Below are positions 44,496-52,111 of a stretch of DNA of 52,111 bases, in pieces. Where the stretch lies: positions 1 through 52,111 of the IMG/VR virus record IMGVR_UViG_3300045002_000011; one strand, given 5' to 3'. Every line of letters starts with the position of its first letter. The first letter of the stretch is position 1. A program made the position numbers and the translations under genes. The DNA is from a virus. Lineage: Duplodnaviria > Caudoviricetes. The notes under the pieces were generated by a model. The model worked only from the letters and a program-made list of their open reading frames with translations. It did not search any database and was not told the DNA's origin.

Positions 44496-44901
44496 AGCGG
44501 GACATCTCCTCGAAGAGCTCCATGTCGTCGACCCGGTACCGGGCCGCGGCCGCCAGCCCATGACCGATCGCCACGATCGCCAGCGGCGACCGGTCCGTCG
44601 CGCCCAGGTCCTCGATCGCCTCGACCGTCCCGATGCACGCCGAGCAGAGATCCTGCTCAACCCAAAAGCACGTCTCGCCGTCATCGTCGACACACGCACG
44701 CCAGTCGGTGCAGCCGCAGATCCGGCAGCGCGGTTCGGGATCCATGGGTCCGCGACGCCGGCGATGCGGCACCAGGCGCCAGGCGCCGAACTGAGCCGCA
44801 ATGTGCATGACACCCTCCAGTCTTTCACCCTGCAGACCCGCCGACTCCAGCTCGTCGTAAAGCCACGACGCCGATTCGACGACCCCTGTCAGGTCGACCA
44901 C
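44482..44901 (-). CDS. Hypothetical Zn-finger protein
   Basis: CRICGCTDWRAC...CFWVEQDLCSAC. Confidence 0.65.
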   Translation of the reverse strand: MVDLTGVVESASWLYDELESAGLQGERLEGVMHIAAQFGAWRLVPHRRRRGPMDPEPRCRICGCTDWRACVDDDGETCFWVEQDLCSACIGTVEAIEDLGATDRSPLAIVAIGHGLAAAARYRVDDMELFEEMSRYGEE

Positions 44902-45344
44902 GACCTGGCCTCCTCGACCCTCCCCGTGGCTCGTGGCCGTTCCTCCTTCCCCGATCCTTTCGATCGTTCCCTGGGCGCCCTGGGCCGCCTGGCGCGGGGT
45001 TTCTTGGCCTCGCCCTCGGGCATTTCGGCATGACCTTTCCGCTCGATGAGATCGATCAGCGGCTGCCGTTCCCGCCAGCTCGCGTCGTCCCGGCCCACGA
45101 CGATCGCCGCGTCCCCGCTGAGGATCCGCCCGCGGAGCTCCGCCAGCGAGTCCACGACGTCATCGAGGACCTGGCCCAGCTCCCTGGCCCTGGGCGACTC
45201 GAGGTAGCATGAGACCCCGACCAGGCGCCCGCGCGCCCGGGCGAGGTCGAGGTAGATCCGCTCGATCTGGCCGGCCAGCCGGCGGGGAGTTTGGAGGGCC
45301 GGCCCTGGCTCGTCGTCCGGCTCCTCGAGCATTCGCGCGATCAT
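44889..45344 (-). CDS. Hypothetical protein
   Basis: ATGA-coupled 151-aa ORF with GGAGG RBS. Confidence 0.55.
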   Translation of the reverse strand: MIARMLEEPDDEPGPALQTPRRLAGQIERIYLDLARARGRLVGVSCYLESPRARELGQVLDDVVDSLAELRGRILSGDAAIVVGRDDASWRERQPLIDLIERKGHAEMPEGEAKKPRARRPRAPRERSKGSGKEERPRATGRVEEARSWST

Positions 45345-45628
45345 GCAGCACCTCCCGGGGGCGGGGGCTTGGAAATTGTCACTGGCGCCGTGCCAACCTT
45401 GAGCGCATAGAACCCATGCCGGCTCAGCAGCCGGCCGCCGGGCCCCTGTTCGTAGCTCCGCCGTCGCCGCCAGGTCCGCCTGGCGATCGCGATGGCCGCT
45501 CCGGGAGAGGTTGCCTGGACGTTCGTCACGACCGGCCGCTCCGGATCTGACTCGTGGTACACGTCGAAAACCTCGATCGGCACTCCTTCACACATGGCGC
45601 GGAACCTCCTTCGATCGAAGGCTGACAT
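45341..45628 (-). CDS. Hypothetical protein
   Basis: MSAFDRRRFRAMCEG...; coupled to the downstream gene. Confidence 0.5.
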   Translation of the reverse strand: MSAFDRRRFRAMCEGVPIEVFDVYHESDPERPVVTNVQATSPGAAIAIARRTWRRRRSYEQGPGGRLLSRHGFYALKVGTAPVTISKPPPPGGAA

Positions 45629-45728
45629 GGCGGGAAACCGAAAATACGGGTAAGGGAATGAGCGCCAACTCGCGGCAACGGAATGCCGCGGTAGCGTCCA
45701 ACGCGAAATCACGGAGGAGGGACTGGAC

Positions 45729-46148
45729 GTGGAAACCGAAACGCAAGAGCTCACGCGCGGGAGAAAGCGCGACGGCGCGAAGTCGCGACCGACGCGCAGC
45801 GAGCGCACGGTAAAGGTCGCCCTGATGCTCACACCGAACGAGTCGCGCGCCCTTGGCGCGGAGTCGGTGGGGACCGGAAAGAGCTATTCCGCGATTGTGG
45901 GATCGCTGATTACCCAGAACTGCCGGCGTTGGGTGTTGAGCGATCGAGGCGAGAAGGGGCCACAAACGGTATCGACAAGCCAGGCAAATGGCGTCAACAA
46001 TTCGGTTAAAGATGTGCCGACAGCGGAGAATCTTCCGGAGGCGGGCGCTCCGGAGGATGTCCCGGCGCCCGGGGCAGGGGAGTCCGCGGAGCCACCCCCT
46101 GCTCCGAGGCGCCGGCATTCCGCACGTGAGCCGGAAAGCGTTCGTTAA
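45729..46148 (+). CDS. Putative RHH-type regulator, convergent with the integrase
   Basis: GGAGG RBS; TVKVALMLTPNESRALGAESVGTGKSYSAIVGSLI. Confidence 0.55.
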   Translation: METETQELTRGRKRDGAKSRPTRSERTVKVALMLTPNESRALGAESVGTGKSYSAIVGSLITQNCRRWVLSDRGEKGPQTVSTSQANGVNNSVKDVPTAENLPEAGAPEDVPAPGAGESAEPPPAPRRRHSAREPESVR

Positions 46149-47068
46149 ATCACGGCCTGCTTCCGGCCGGTGTAGCTGACGCGCGAGACCGCGGCAACGA
46201 GGTTGTCGAGGTCCTCGTGCTCGTACCACCGCTTCGTCCGCGGGCTCGTGTGCCGGAGGATCCGGGTGACCATCTCGCCGGAGATCCCCCACATTGGGGC
46301 GTGCGTCGCGAAGCTGTGGCGGAAAGATTGGATGGTCAGCTCGGGCACGCCGGCGCGCTCCCCGAGCTGCTTCACCTCGTCGAGCGGCTTGTAGCCGGGC
46401 GGTCCGCCCGTCCATGGCCCGCGTCGGGTGGCTCCCGGGAAGAGCCAGGTGGACCCGCACTTGGGCAGCCACCATTCGAGGACGGGCAGGAGTGGGGGCG
46501 CGATCGGCACGGCCTGGGCGGAGGCCCGTGTCTTGAGCCGCTTTCGCGCCCGGATCCGGAGGACCGGCTTGTCGAGCTCGACGTCCGCCCGCTGGAGCCG
46601 GAGGGCCTCCTGCTTGCGGAGCGCGGAGTAGGCGTAGGTTGACACGAGGGCATACCGCCGCTGTGCGCGCCAGGTCCCGTTGAGGGCCTCGGCTCGGGCG
46701 AGCTCGAGCACGCTCGTGACCTCGCCGATCGAGTGATGGCGGATTTTTGGCTCGCCATCGTCGGCCGGTTCGGGCAGCTCGATGGTGAAGGCGATGGGCG
46801 AACTGCGGAAGTAGCCGCTGGCGACGCCGATCTGGACGGCCGAGCTGAGCGACCGGAGGAGCTTGTGGCTGGTAGCGGCCCCGCGTGTGGGATGAGCTTT
46901 GAGCCAACGCGCGATGATGACAGGTCGCAGGTCGGAGGTCTTTTTGACCCCCTCGACGAGTGCAATCTCGCGGAGGACCTGCTTCATGATGCAGAGGGTG
47001 GCCGGCTGTCGGAGAGAGTAGATCTCTTCGACCTCGGTGCGGAATCGAGAGAAGCTGACAGCGGGCAC
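46145..47068 (-). CDS. int: Tyrosine integrase
   Basis: ALRKQEAL, QSFRHSFATH, LRHTSPRTKRWY; adjacent to the tRNA-derived attP. Confidence 0.9.
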   Translation of the reverse strand: MPAVSFSRFRTEVEEIYSLRQPATLCIMKQVLREIALVEGVKKTSDLRPVIIARWLKAHPTRGAATSHKLLRSLSSAVQIGVASGYFRSSPIAFTIELPEPADDGEPKIRHHSIGEVTSVLELARAEALNGTWRAQRRYALVSTYAYSALRKQEALRLQRADVELDKPVLRIRARKRLKTRASAQAVPIAPPLLPVLEWWLPKCGSTWLFPGATRRGPWTGGPPGYKPLDEVKQLGERAGVPELTIQSFRHSFATHAPMWGISGEMVTRILRHTSPRTKRWYEHEDLDNLVAAVSRVSYTGRKQAVI

Positions 47069-47269
47069 TGGGGAGACTCCCGGCCTCCGCGCGCGCCCCG
47101 GCCGAGCGCCCTCGGCCCGGCCCCGGTGAACCGCCGGCGGAGGGGAAGCGAGCGTCGAAATGCCGGGTTAAGTTTTGCCGATGAATTTGGTAGGATACGT
47201 CGATCCGAGAAAGCCGGTGCTTTTCGCGACCCCGCCGCCCTCTCGGACCAGCGACGGCCATAGACAGCG

Positions 47270-47315
47270 GGCCTGTCACGCCGGAGGTTGCGGGTTCGAG
47301 CCCCGTCATCCTCGC
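47270..47315 (+). mobile_element. attP core: 3' half of tRNA-Asp(GTC)
   Basis: GGCCTGTCACGCCGGAGGTTGCGGGTTCGAGCCCCGTCATCCTCGC gives anticodon loop, T-arm and acceptor 3' strand; no 5' half upstream. Confidence 0.85.
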
Positions 47316-47413
47316 TGGTCGCTGTGAGGCGGCCAAATCCGTTTCCGATCCGGTTGACGTGTTCATCTGGGCACCATAAACTTGATACGGAACGGAGTCT
47401 CCTTTGAGTACGA

Positions 47414-47460
47414 CGACCCCCGGGGTAAGACGCCATGCTGGCCCCGGGGGTCGGTCTTTG
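47414..47460 (+). terminator. Hairpin downstream of the att/tRNA fragment
   Basis: GACCCCCGGGG...CCCCGGGGGTC followed by GGTCTTT. Confidence 0.45.
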
Positions 47461-47568
47461 CGCCCGCTCCGGTGCCGCTGCGGCGACCCGACTTGTACAC
47501 TATCGAGCCAGCCTTTCCCCGTAATGGTCGCCCATCCACTAACCACTTCCGCTGACCCTCCAGGGCTC

Positions 47569-47790
47569 AAAAGCGCCCGGATAAATCGGTTTTCTGTTTG
47601 TTGGCAACGACTTGCGCCGAATATTTGCGCCCGTTAGCGCCCGCTGGCGCCCGGATAATTGAACAGAAGCCCACAGATGCAACGATGAACGGGCGCTCAA
47701 TTATCCGGGCGCCAGCGGGCGCTAACGGGCGCTTTGTTGTGACGTAAGTCATTGGCATTCCACGACTTGACTATTTATCCGGGCGCTTTT
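47569..47790. repeat. Nested perfect inverted repeats with GCGCCCG iterons (putative replication origin)
   Basis: 36-bp IR 47627-47662/47697-47732 inside 18-bp IR 47569-47586/47773-47790; directly downstream of the replication gene. Confidence 0.8.
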
Positions 47791-49957
47791 CGCCCTTTTC
47801 GAAGATCAGCGGGTTCACCTCGTAGATGTGCTGGGACGGTCGGCCCCGCCGTTGTACACTGGGTGCAGAGCGGCGGAGCACGTTCCGCTTGACCAGCCAA
47901 TCGAACGTCTGACGGAGCGACTCGGGGGGCAGGTCCTCGAGGGCGCGCTTGAAGTTGTCCTTCACGTCGCTCTCGCGGATCGACCGGCGCTCGGTCTTCA
48001 CAACCCACGCGACGATGTCCCGCGCCAGGCGGTTGTCGCTGTGCGCGCCGCGGATCGTGATGTAGATCCGGCGGAAGTGGTTCTTGTAGTAGTCGATCAG
48101 CCTCACCGCCCCCTGGAGCGCCTCGACGCTCACAGGTCGCAGCCGATCGTTCGCGCTGGCGTCGTAGGCCCAGCGGAGCTGGTCGAGGACCAGGGCCAGC
48201 CGCGGCGCGTAGGTCAGGAACTTCGACCAAGGTCCCTTGAAGTCGGAATTGAAGTGGGGAGATTGCATCTCCTTGCACATCTCCTTATACCAGTGGCCAA
48301 AGGACCGGTCGGCCTCGGCCGAGAACCGAACGAAGCGCGGCGCCTCATGCCCGTTCGCGTCTTCGGCGAGCGGCCGGTCCCAGAGCCGGCGGATCGCCGT
48401 CTCCCAGCGCTCGCGCAGCGCTGGCGGAATGCACAGCGGCGACCAGTCGCGCTGGACCTCGTCGGGGAACGAGAAGAGGAACCGGTCGATGAACCCGTCG
48501 CGCTTGCCGTTGCCGGGATCCATGGTCGGCAAGACGTCCGGCTGGATCCCGCCGGCGATGCTGAGCAAGGGCTCCGCGATAAACATCGTGGCCGATTCCT
48601 GGCCCTTACGGTCGACCGGGATGGGCGAGGAGGAAAACGTGTGCAGGAAGAACTGCTTGTCGTTTCCGACGCCGCCCTTGTATTGGTTCATCGCCGCCAG
48701 CCATGAGCTGAGCTCATCGTGCACCATCAAGAGCCCGCGCGGGTTCTCCCACAACCTCATTGCGAGCGCCTCGACCGTCGTGTCGGCGACCGCGATGCGC
48801 CGAGGCGCAGGCGGTGGATCGCACTCGACCGGCGGCGTCTTGGCGCCCTTGGCGCGGCGCTCGACCTCGGCGGCTTGCTTCGCCTGCCTCCAGGCCTCGA
48901 CGACCAGCGCGTGCTCCTCCTCGAGCTCGCGGAAGATCTGCCAGACCGGCCGGGAAACGAGCTTGAGGGCGGGCGTCTTCGCGGTACCCGGATCGCCGAC
49001 GATGATCGCGTATAGGGATGGGTATTCGTGCCATCCCTCCTTGAGGTAGATGCCCATCGAGCGGCCGATCACTCCGCCGGCGATCGCGAGCGCCGGCGTA
49101 AGGAGGTAGTCCGGGGGGACGAACATCACATCGCGCGCGAACTGCGCCATCTTGGCGAGGCCTTCGGGGAGCACGTCCAGCGGGAATGGCTCCGCGGGCA
49201 GCATTCCGTCGAGAAGCGGCGGCTCCCATCCGGGGGCAAACCCCGCGGCCGAGAGCGCGTCGGCCAGGAGGCGGGCCTGTGATGCCAGCTCGCCAGGCGA
49301 GGCGCGGCGATCGACCGCGTCGTCCTCGAGCCGGCGCTGGCCGAGGATGAATCGCCGAAGCGCGGCGTCCTCTCCGACGAGATGGACCAGGCCGCGGCCG
49401 TCGTCGGGGTTTTTGCAGCCGTTGAAGATGGCGGTGAGGAGCTCCTGGCCCAGCCCCTTCTGCGCCTCCGGCGCCAACTCGGCGAGGATGTGGGCGCGAT
49501 CGCGGGGCTTGTTCACGCGATGCAGGCCGACGAGCACGTCGAAGAGGTCCTGGTGCCCGGGCAGGAAGAAGTCCTCGCGCGTGAGCGTCTCCGCCGTATA
49601 GAGCAGGAACTTCGTGCTGGCGGCCATTCGGACCAGGCACCCGACCTCGGCGGCCAGGTTATGGGGAAGCGTGTAGTCCGGCTGGCCGTCGTAGATCTTC
49701 AGGCGCCGGCGCTGGCTCGGAACGCCCTGCGACTGGCGCGGCTTCATGGACGGCGCCGCCTCCTCGGCCTCACGCTCCGCCTCCTCCTTTGCCAGCTCGG
49801 CCTCGAGGTAATGCGCCGGAAGGGCGCGATGCAGGATCAGCCAGCGGCAGGCGCGGGCCCGTTCCTGCTCGGTGTGGGACTCGTCTTCGTAGATCGCGAG
49901 CTGCTTGTCGACCTCCGCCTGGCTTGCCCCGTTGTAATCTTGTCGTGGCTCGCTCAT
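47771..49957 (-). CDS. Replication protein: DnaB N-terminal-like domain plus DUF3987 (YfjI-like) P-loop domain and wHTH
   Basis: LPHNLAAEVGCL...EDFFLPGHQDLF; PFPLDVLP, GDPGTAKTP, DTTVEAL, HDELS, GGIQP, DGFIDRFLF. Confidence 0.85.
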   Translation of the reverse strand: MSEPRQDYNGASQAEVDKQLAIYEDESHTEQERARACRWLILHRALPAHYLEAELAKEEAEREAEEAAPSMKPRQSQGVPSQRRRLKIYDGQPDYTLPHNLAAEVGCLVRMAASTKFLLYTAETLTREDFFLPGHQDLFDVLVGLHRVNKPRDRAHILAELAPEAQKGLGQELLTAIFNGCKNPDDGRGLVHLVGEDAALRRFILGQRRLEDDAVDRRASPGELASQARLLADALSAAGFAPGWEPPLLDGMLPAEPFPLDVLPEGLAKMAQFARDVMFVPPDYLLTPALAIAGGVIGRSMGIYLKEGWHEYPSLYAIIVGDPGTAKTPALKLVSRPVWQIFRELEEEHALVVEAWRQAKQAAEVERRAKGAKTPPVECDPPPAPRRIAVADTTVEALAMRLWENPRGLLMVHDELSSWLAAMNQYKGGVGNDKQFFLHTFSSSPIPVDRKGQESATMFIAEPLLSIAGGIQPDVLPTMDPGNGKRDGFIDRFLFSFPDEVQRDWSPLCIPPALRERWETAIRRLWDRPLAEDANGHEAPRFVRFSAEADRSFGHWYKEMCKEMQSPHFNSDFKGPWSKFLTYAPRLALVLDQLRWAYDASANDRLRPVSVEALQGAVRLIDYYKNHFRRIYITIRGAHSDNRLARDIVAWVVKTERRSIRESDVKDNFKRALEDLPPESLRQTFDWLVKRNVLRRSAPSVQRRGRPSQHIYEVNPLIFEKGEKRPDK

Positions 49958-50220
49958 GAGGAACTCCTTTCCTTTGGGTCGGGCCCCAGGGCGAATCGGG
50001 CGTCGGCGCTTGCCGGCCATTCGTCGGGGGCGACGTCGAGCGCGGTCCAGACATGGCGATCGGTCCATGGCCGCCAGAGCTCGGGCGGAAATGCAGGCTG
50101 TGGATCGCCGACGACCGCAACGAAATGGTCGCGCGGCGCGAGATCGCGATAGGACGTTCGGCGTTGGCGCGGACGGGCTGCGCGGGAGCGCGCGGCCCCA
50201 CTCAAGGCAGGTAGTTCCAT
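49954..50220 (-). CDS. Hypothetical protein
   Basis: ATGA-coupled to the replication gene. Confidence 0.45.
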   Translation of the reverse strand: MELPALSGAARSRAARPRQRRTSYRDLAPRDHFVAVVGDPQPAFPPELWRPWTDRHVWTALDVAPDEWPASADARFALGPDPKERSSS

Positions 50221-50489
50221 CGGTGATGTCCTTTGTGTACGGTGGATTGAGGGAGGGTAGTTGCCATGCTGCCCTCTCAATCCGGCCAAGCAGGGTCAGT
50301 CTAGCCAGTCATCTCCTGGGTCGCAACGGTCTGGATTTGGGTCCTTGACCGGAGTCTCAGGCCCCGATAGTTTGATCTGACAGAGGCGTGACTGTAACCA
50401 CGCCGTTATTTGCCGGGCCCGTCCCGGCGGATCGCCCCGCGCGGAGGGTTACAGCCCGCGCGGGGCGTTTTCGTTCGAAGAGGAACGCC

Positions 50490-50642
50490 ATGGCGATCGT
50501 CATTCGGTTCACCGAGCGCACCGCCTATTTGCTGGTCGGTATTGCCGCGGGCATCGCCTTTTCCGGTCTCGTGGTCTGGTTCCTGGCGCATAACGAGTAC
50601 ATCGAGAAGGGGCCTCGGTGGCCGATGTCCACGCTGTTCTAG
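50490..50642 (+). CDS. Small single-TM protein, counter-oriented
   Basis: GAGGAA RBS; YLLVGIAAGIAFSGLVVWFLA. Confidence 0.55.
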   Translation: MAIVIRFTERTAYLLVGIAAGIAFSGLVVWFLAHNEYIEKGPRWPMSTLF

Positions 50643-50820
50643 CCCGGCCACGCCTCCTCCTTCTTCAGCTCCTCGAGCGACCGGATCAGCGCGAGGGCGT
50701 TGTTGTGGATCCGCGTGCGGAGCTTGTCCTCGACCTTTTCGTCAGGCGTGAGAGCTCGGAGGAGTAGCGCAGGGCGGCGTCAATGATCCTCAGATCGTGC
50801 AGATCCAGCCGATCGATCAT
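50639..50820 (-). pseudogene. Small helical protein gene with apparent 1-nt deletion
   Basis: MIDRLDLHDLRIIDAALRY, then a shifted frame LRALTPDEKVEDKLRTRIHNNALALIRSLEELKKEEAWPG*; span is 182 nt. Confidence 0.5.
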
Positions 50821-51053
50821 GACTTCGCCTCCTGCCCGATAAGCGCCTGGACCTGCTCGACGAACACGCGGACCGCGCCGCGCTGGGAGGTCGGCGACTC
50901 GTTCCGCAGCGCCTTTTCGGCCAGGCGGGTCAGCTCGGGCAGGAACACCTCGGCTCGTACCGTTACGTGGCGGAGCTCACCGTTGTCGTCGGCCAGGCCC
51001 TCGAAGTGGATCACCACGAAGCGGTCCGACGTTTCGACCTTGAGCAGCTTCAC
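50817..51053 (-). CDS. Hypothetical protein
   Basis: GTG start; MKLLKVETSDRFVVIHFEG... Confidence 0.55.
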   Translation of the reverse strand: MKLLKVETSDRFVVIHFEGLADDNGELRHVTVRAEVFLPELTRLAEKALRNESPTSQRGAVRVFVEQVQALIGQEAKS

Positions 51054-51280
51054 CCTCGACCTACTCTCTCGCCGCTGGCACTCGCGGCAGACCCACTCTT
51101 CGCCGCCGACGAGGTCGGCATCGCGTCGGCCTCGGTCGCGCCGTAGCCGATCGGGTCGCCGCCCTCGTAGCCCGGGAAGATCGCCAGCCAGTCGAACCGG
51201 CGCATGGCGATCGGCGGCTCGACGAACGCGGTGTCGATCTCGACGGTGTTTTCGCAGCGGCCGCATTGGACCGTCTTCAA
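51050..51280 (-). CDS. Hypothetical Zn-ribbon protein, possibly frameshifted
   Basis: CGRC in this frame; the partner CREC lies in another frame after about 51120. Confidence 0.4.
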   Translation of the reverse strand: MKTVQCGRCENTVEIDTAFVEPPIAMRRFDWLAIFPGYEGGDPIGYGATEADAMPTSSAAKSGSAASASGERVGRG

Positions 51281-51296
51281 GGGAAATGCTCCTGCG

Positions 51297-51578
51297 TTAA
51301 GAGGACGGAATGAATTCCGTTCTACGACTGATTCGTTGCTCGAGGAGGCGACGGAGCTCGGCCAGGGCGGCGGTCCGGCCGGGCGCCTCGGCGACGATTT
51401 CCCAGTGGGACCAGGCGCTGAACGGCTCTGCGCCCTCAGCCTCGTTGACGACGATGAGGCACCCGTCTTCCGCGGTGCGGACGTGCGTCGCCATGCGCCG
51501 GGCGATGGCCCAGCGGTGCGATTCGATTCGGAGGACACGCCACTCTTCGACGGGGCTGGTCATTGCTTCTTGGGTCAT
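51297..51578 (-). CDS. Hypothetical protein whose C-terminus is encoded by the palindromic repeat
   Basis: Ends RRTEFIPSS; ATGA-coupled. Confidence 0.55.
   Translation of the reverse strand: MTQEAMTSPVEEWRVLRIESHRWAIARRMATHVRTAEDGCLIVVNEAEGAEPFSAWSHWEIVAEAPGRTAALAELRRLLEQRISRRTEFIPSS
51305..51326 (-). repeat. GTAG-tagged palindromic element
   Basis: ACGGAATGAATTCCGTTCTACG. Confidence 0.88.
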
Positions 51579-51961
51579 TGGGATTGGGCTCCCTCGGATC
51601 GCATGAGTTTGCCGGCGTTGATGGTCGCCGCCGGCGGCGGGTCCGCGGCGGCGATCGCCGCGACGGGCCGGACCGCGGGTGACGGTGGGACCGCCGGGCC
51701 GGGGCCGGGGTAGCTATTCAGCAGCTCCCAGCGGAGCTCGATCGCGTCGCCCTCCGCGTCCGGCACGAGCACGTGGGCGCGGGCGAGACTCACCGTGGCG
51801 TGGCACGTGTCGCACTTGGACACGTAGATCGTGCGCCGGACTGGGCCGGCCGCCGCGATGCGCTGGTCGGGGAACTCGCCCTTGGGCTCGAGCCGCCCGG
51901 GGCAGTCCACTGCGGGCACGAGCGCGCGGCGGGCGGCGCTAAAGGCTTCAGTGTGGGTCAT
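51575..51961 (-). CDS. Hypothetical protein
   Basis: MTHTEAFSAARR...CPG...CDTC; ATGA overlap and GGAGG RBS. Confidence 0.55.
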   Translation of the reverse strand: MTHTEAFSAARRALVPAVDCPGRLEPKGEFPDQRIAAAGPVRRTIYVSKCDTCHATVSLARAHVLVPDAEGDAIELRWELLNSYPGPGPAVPPSPAVRPVAAIAAADPPPAATINAGKLMRSEGAQSQ

Positions 51962-52111
51962 GACACCGCGGCCTCCCCAGGCACGGGTGCGTCGGCCAGG
52001 AGCTGGAGCAGCTTCGAGGCCATCAACTTCCAGGCGCGCTGTCTGGCCTCTTGAGCGTCGTCGGCCCAAGCGGCGTCGTCGGCCCAAGCGGCGTCGGTGG
52101 CCCGAGCGTCG
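51958..52111 (-). CDS. C-terminal part of the AAW-repeat protein that starts at 563
   Basis: DARATDAAWADDAAWADDAQEARQRAWKLMASKLLQLLADAPVPGEAAVS*. Confidence 0.75.
   Translation of the reverse strand, partial: DARATDAAWADDAAWADDAQEARQRAWKLMASKLLQLLADAPVPGEAAVS

Noticed and set aside
47230-47320. Complete tRNA-Asp gene
   Set aside because: The 5' acceptor strand and D-arm are missing; only the 3' half is present, as expected for attP.
45588-47570. 660-aa minus-strand ORF
   Set aside because: Arg/Pro-rich alternative frame overlapping the integrase and attP; not protein-like.

Overview
The window looks like the essentially complete, circularly permuted genome (about 52 kb, GC-rich) of a temperate siphovirus-type phage. 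A Planctomycetota host is an inference from gene content, not shown. The two ends fall inside one Ala/Trp-repeat gene, and an intact attP (3' half of tRNA-Asp) lies next to an integrase, so the sequence is probably the excised circle. Layout: (1) leftward early genes (Rad52-like annealing protein, small Zn/HTH proteins); (2) a divergent promoter switch with an RHH regulator, and a DnaQ-like exonuclease; (3) a second tyrosine recombinase flanked by dif-like sites; (4) a sigma factor and an MMP-like matrixin; (5) terminase, portal, scaffold, capsid, a sigma-peptidase fusion and a MuF-like protein; (6) tail genes, receptor-binding candidates and a GT2 glycosyltransferase; (7) a leftward arm with integrase, attP, a putative origin and a DnaB-N/DUF3987 replication protein. 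Most unusual: 13 copies of a GTAG-tagged palindrome (GTAGAACGGAATTCATTCCGTTC) marking gene junctions, mostly in the tail-tip module; a 95-bp direct repeat giving two tandem tail genes identical starts; dif-like sites around the second recombinase; GGFG/FG-repeat tracts in three morphogenesis proteins; and signal peptides on fibre-like proteins. All product calls rest on motifs and synteny read by eye, with no database searches.
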